A DNA stretch of 64,000 bases, taken from NCBI GenBank assembly GCA_944349925.1, contig CALVNT010000008.1, positions 2,114 through 66,113 of the forward strand. The letters are read 5' to 3'. How positions within the stretch are numbered: the stretch's first letter is position 1; each line of letters opens with the position of its first letter. The translations under genes and the position numbers were made by a program. Origin of the DNA: an uncultured Clostridia bacterium. Lineage in GTDB: Bacteria > Bacillota > Clostridia > Christensenellales > UBA1242. This document shows positions 59,957-64,000 of this stretch, piece by piece. The notes under the pieces were generated by a model that searched no databases, was not told the DNA's origin, and saw nothing but the letters and a program-made list of their open reading frames with translations.

Positions 59957-61468
59957 TTAACCTTTTTTATAATATAAAACAATCGAGGTATCTTGTTCAA
60001 GTGGGAAAATAACATCAGGATTTTGAGCCGACACTTGTTCAACAGGCACGTGTGTAGATTTGGCAATATCCCAAGCACTTTGACCAGACATTGCAAAAAT
60101 CACTTCCATTGCGTAATCGCGTTCTGATAAAGGTTCTGAAATGTTTGCCTGTGAAATAACTGCCGAAACATTATCATAACTACAATTTATTGTGACTTTT
60201 ACTTTTGAATCATAATACAAGTCTCTTCCTTTCTTTACGACAACATCTACATCGCTTACAATAGCACTAGCAATCAAAACGCCATCACATTCACAATCAA
60301 ACTTGTCTGAAAAACTAAAAGGCACATCAACTTGAACACTATTAAGAGAATTTGTATCGTCATTTAAATACACAACATTTGTTTTTGCGATACCTTCAAT
60401 ATAGACCTGCCCGTCCTGAAGATAAACGTTGGTTAGATTAACCCCATTTCCGCTAGCAAACAAAACTTTGTCAACTCTTGGTGCGTCTTCTTCTAAGGTT
60501 AAACTACCTTCAATTTTATCTTCAATATTAACAGCAGGACAAACAACTGTATTTTCAAAAGATTCAGTTGTTAAAGCTATTTCATTTTTTGTGCTATATA
60601 GATCATTGATAACAGTTATCAGTTCATTTTTAAAGACTTTTACATTAGCACATACAGGAACTTTGATATTAAGTTTTTGACCATTATCTTCATTTTCTAT
60701 TGAAGTTGTAACATCTTTTTCTTTTACAGATAAATAAGCTTCGCAAATATAATCTTTTTCAACTCCATCAATTTCAATTTCTTGCTTAAAAGATTCATTT
60801 ATATAAAAACTATCAAATTTGTCTTCTTCAGTCAAATATAAAACTCTTGTAAGGACATCACCTTGTAATGATACAAATCCTGTTCCGCTTTCAACACTTT
60901 TAAGCATAACTTGACTTTCGGTTGTTAAAACTTTTTTGATGTTTTCTCGTAGTACTGTTTCACTTTCGACATCAAAAATTCCCTTTTTAGAGCCGACAAA
61001 TTTTACGACTTCTATTTCTTCATTTTTGCAACACACTTCTTCATCGTTAGACCCAATAGAAGAAATTTCATTTTGACCAAGGCAAAGACCAGATTGATTT
61101 AAATTTACAACAATCCTTAAGCTATCCCCTGAAATACTTTCTATTGAATAATCGACGACTTTTAAAATGATTATAGGTTCTTGCCCCGTCAAAATATCAC
61201 TGCTTTCAAACTTTGATGAAAAATTGCAACTGTGACAAGTTGAATTTATTTCACCTTCAGGCGTAATAAAAATGATTTTTAAATCTACTATTCCAGAATA
61301 GTTCAAAACACCATTCAGTGTTTCACTGGACTCGTCGTAGGCTTTAACCCCTATTGATAAAATTTTGTCAACTTCACAGCCAAGCGAAACATTACATTCA
61401 ACTGAAAAATCGCTTGTTGGAAGCTTTATCTTCTTTGCGACTGAAAATTTGTTACTTTCAAATGCCAT
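59957..61468 (-). CDS. DUF3794/SPOCS-repeat spore coat morphogenetic protein (SipL-like) with degenerate LysM
   Basis: Three beta-rich repeats (G.V...VLY...F); C-terminal GQSAWDIAK..N LysM-like segment; next to veg. Confidence 0.75.
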   Translation of the reverse strand: MAFESNKFSVAKKIKLPTSDFSVECNVSLGCEVDKILSIGVKAYDESSETLNGVLNYSGIVDLKIIFITPEGEINSTCHSCNFSSKFESSDILTGQEPIIILKVVDYSIESISGDSLRIVVNLNQSGLCLGQNEISSIGSNDEEVCCKNEEIEVVKFVGSKKGIFDVESETVLRENIKKVLTTESQVMLKSVESGTGFVSLQGDVLTRVLYLTEEDKFDSFYINESFKQEIEIDGVEKDYICEAYLSVKEKDVTTSIENEDNGQKLNIKVPVCANVKVFKNELITVINDLYSTKNEIALTTESFENTVVCPAVNIEDKIEGSLTLEEDAPRVDKVLFASGNGVNLTNVYLQDGQVYIEGIAKTNVVYLNDDTNSLNSVQVDVPFSFSDKFDCECDGVLIASAIVSDVDVVVKKGRDLYYDSKVKVTINCSYDNVSAVISQANISEPLSERDYAMEVIFAMSGQSAWDIAKSTHVPVEQVSAQNPDVIFPLEQDTSIVLYYKKG

Positions 61469-61578
61469 TTTACCCTCCAAAACATTTTACGAGATATATT
61501 TACGAGGCAAATATTTTTTTTATGACAAAAATGTTTGAAAATAATAAAAAGAGGCAAAAATTACAAAAAGGAGATAAT

Positions 61579-61809
61579 ATGCGAAGAATAACAATGAGTT
61601 TAGAAGAAGCAAAACTAAAAATACTCGCTTTAAAGGGAAGCCAAGTCGAGATGAATGTCAATAGAGGTCGAAAAAAAATAGAGGCAGTAAGTGGGATAAT
61701 TCGAGATGTATATCCTAGCGTATTTACTGTTGAAACAAATATGGACAAAATTCAAACATTTTCATATTATGATGTTTTGTGCGGAAACATCAAAATATTA
61801 GATAATTAA
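61579..61809 (+). CDS. veg: Veg family protein
   Basis: N.GRKK....G.I.DVYPSVF.V......FSYYDVL; ATG at 61579 after AGGAG. Confidence 0.88.
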   Translation: MRRITMSLEEAKLKILALKGSQVEMNVNRGRKKIEAVSGIIRDVYPSVFTVETNMDKIQTFSYYDVLCGNIKILDN

Positions 61810-62076
61810 ACATATAAAAAATATTTTTATTTAAAATCATCAATTTTTTGTTTTTAAAAGAAATGACTAATCGTTAAAATTTTTAACAATTTAAGATATT
61901 TTTGACAATTTGTTGGAATTTTTCATATTTTAAACTTGTTTTTAACGATCTGTTGAATTTTTCATATTGTAAAGAAATTTTTAAAGTTTTTATATAGTTA
62001 TAAATAAAAAAGCACACAAATCAAAGTGTGACTTAAAATTTTTTAAGTGCACTTTTTGTGTACTTTTTTTTATTTA

Positions 62077-64000
62077 TTATTTCTTTCTAGGATTTTTTAT
62101 ATTTGCTTGCGCTGCAGCAAGTCTTGCAATAGGCACTCTATATGGAGAGCAAGAAACATAAGTCAATCCTGCATTGTGGCAGAATTCAATTGAAGATGGG
62201 TCTCCGCCATGTTCGCCACAAATTCCAAGTTTAATTTCAGGTCTTGTTTCTTTACCAAGATCAGCAGCCATTTTAACAAGTTTTCCTACACCATTTTGAT
62301 CAAGTCTTGCAAATGGATCGCTTTCAAAAATCTTTTTAGCATAATAAACATCTAAGAATTTACCAGCATCATCTCTTGAGAAACCGTAAGTCATTTGTGT
62401 AAGGTCATTTGTACCAAAAGAGAAGAATTCTGCATATTTAGCGATTTCATCAGCAGTTAAAGCGGCACGAGGAATTTCAATCATTGTACCAATCTTATAA
62501 GTAAGTTTAACACCTTTTTTAGCAATAATTTCATCAGCTTTATTAGCTACTATATCACGAACATATTTAAATTCTTTCCAATCGCAAGTAAGAGGAATCA
62601 TAATTTCAGGAACAATGTTGTATCCTTTTTCTTTATTTACTTCAATAGCAGCTTCAATAACAGCCTGTGTTTGCATCTGGGCAATTTCAGGATAAGTTAC
62701 CGCAAGTCTAAGACCTCTATGTCCCATCATTGGGTTAAATTCATGAAGGTCAGCAACAGTTGCTTTTAGTTTATCGAATGAAATACCCATTTCTTTTGCT
62801 AAATCGCGAATTTCACTATCTTCATGAGGTAAAAATTCATGAAGAGGTGGATCCAAGAAACGAATAGTAACAGGATATCCGCCCATAGATTTATAAATGC
62901 CTTTAAAGTCTTTCTTTTGCATTGGCAATAATTTAGCAAGAGCCTTCTTTCTTTCTTCAGTTGTAGAAGAAACTATCATTTCTCTGACCGCAGGAATTCT
63001 GTCAGCTTCAAAGAACATATGTTCTGTTCTGCAAAGTCCAACACCTTGTGCACCAAAATTGAAAGCATTTTTAGCATCGGCAGGGTTGTCAGCATTAGTT
63101 CTTACTTCAAGAACACGGTATTTATCAGCCCATTGCATAATAGTTGCAAATTCACCAGAAATTGTAGCAGGTTCAGTTTTAACTTCTCCGTCATAAATCT
63201 TACCAGTTGAACCATCAAAAGATATAACATCACCCTCTTTGTAAGTTTTTCCACCAAGAGTGAAAGATTTTTCATCAGAAGCAAACTTGATTGCAGAGCA
63301 ACCAGCAACACAAGCAGTACCCATACCACGAGCAACAACTGCAGCGTGAGAAGTCATTCCTCCACGGGCAGTCAAAACACCTTGACTTGCAGCCATACCT
63401 TCAATATCTTCAGGTGAGGTTTCAAGACGAACCAAAACGACCTTTTCTTTCTTTTCTGCCATTTCCTTTGCTTTTTCAGCAGTAAAGCAAATTTTTCCAC
63501 AAGCCGCCCCAGGAGAAGCAGGCAAAGCTTGTCCAATGACAACAGCTTTTTTCAAAGATGAGTTGTCAAATTGTGGGTGCAATAAAGCATCAAGTTGTTT
63601 AGGGTCAATCATCATAACTGCTTCTTTTTCAGTTATCATGCCTTCATTTACAAGGTCAACAGCAATTTTCAACGCAGCTTTTGCAGTTCTTTTTCCGTTT
63701 CTTGTTTGAAGCATATAAAGTTTACCATTTTCAATAGTAAATTCCATATCTTGCATATCTTTATTATGTTTTTCAAGTTTCTTTGCAATAGTTGCAAATT
63801 GTTTGTAAACTTCAGGGTTTTGTTTTTCAAGCTCAGCAATAGGCATTGGAGTTCTAATACCAGCAACAACATCTTCGCCTTGAGCATTCATCAAATATTC
63901 ACCATAAAGTTTGTTTTCACCGGTAGCAGGGTTACGAGAGAAAGCAACACCTGTACCAGAAGTATCACCCATATTACCAAAAACCATAGATTGAACATTT
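62077..64000 (-). CDS. ppdK: Pyruvate phosphate dikinase (5' part outside the window)
   Basis: MVFGNMG..SGTGVAF, GGMTSHAAVVARG, GLCRTEHMF, SFGTNDLTQ, GICGEHGG. Confidence 0.97.
   Translation of the reverse strand, partial: NVQSMVFGNMGDTSGTGVAFSRNPATGENKLYGEYLMNAQGEDVVAGIRTPMPIAELEKQNPEVYKQFATIAKKLEKHNKDMQDMEFTIENGKLYMLQTRNGKRTAKAALKIAVDLVNEGMITEKEAVMMIDPKQLDALLHPQFDNSSLKKAVVIGQALPASPGAACGKICFTAEKAKEMAEKKEKVVLVRLETSPEDIEGMAASQGVLTARGGMTSHAAVVARGMGTACVAGCSAIKFASDEKSFTLGGKTYKEGDVISFDGSTGKIYDGEVKTEPATISGEFATIMQWADKYRVLEVRTNADNPADAKNAFNFGAQGVGLCRTEHMFFEADRIPAVREMIVSSTTEERKKALAKLLPMQKKDFKGIYKSMGGYPVTIRFLDPPLHEFLPHEDSEIRDLAKEMGISFDKLKATVADLHEFNPMMGHRGLRLAVTYPEIAQMQTQAVIEAAIEVNKEKGYNIVPEIMIPLTCDWKEFKYVRDIVANKADEIIAKKGVKLTYKIGTMIEIPRAALTADEIAKYAEFFSFGTNDLTQMTYGFSRDDAGKFLDVYYAKKIFESDPFARLDQNGVGKLVKMAADLGKETRPEIKLGICGEHGGDPSSIEFCHNAGLTYVSCSPYRVPIARLAAAQANIKNPRKK

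Noticed and set aside
61905-61972. Imperfect direct repeat TGTT(G)GAATTTTTCATATT x2 between veg and ppdK
   Set aside because: Only two low-complexity copies between convergent genes; no supportable function
9555-63887. Numerous 60-160 aa ORFs antisense or out of frame inside core genes (e.g. 11152-11556, 35976-36434, 42779-43219, 62897-63196)
   Set aside because: Shadow ORFs of well-supported genes, with no RBS or motifs

Overview
AT-rich chromosomal window from a spore-forming Clostridia-type Bacillota organism; most genes lie on the - strand. Core blocks: metK (SAM riboswitch)-mtaB-rpsU-rplS, hrcA-grpE-dnaK-dnaJ with CIRCE, tsaD, frameshifted prfB, fakA/Asp23/rpmB, feoAB, nrdR, the dcw/sporulation cluster (murE-mraY-murD-ftsW ... 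murA-ftsQ-ftsA-ftsZ-spoIIGA-sigE-sigG-ylmC), murF-ddl, spoVG, spoIIR-sleB-ypeB, veg and a partial ppdK. There are two accessory hot spots. (1) At the left edge an island abuts a tRNA-Arg(CCT). Upstream of that tRNA lie two different orphan tRNA-Arg 5' halves, both cut at the same anticodon-loop position, which suggests nested integrations that each bring a complete replacement tRNA. (2) An ~8.3 kb insert follows ftsW. It holds single-gene cassettes separated by extra copies of the ftsW 3' end, then a protein of ten 36-aa mTERF-like repeats with recurring variable motifs and a small partner gene. Other features missed by the ORF track: a G9 tract inside the promoter of a BspA-like surface protein, two NrtR operators with a kinase-CYTH fusion, an unannotated spoVM-like peptide, and an IS3 remnant. 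All family calls come from recognising motifs by eye; no searches were run.
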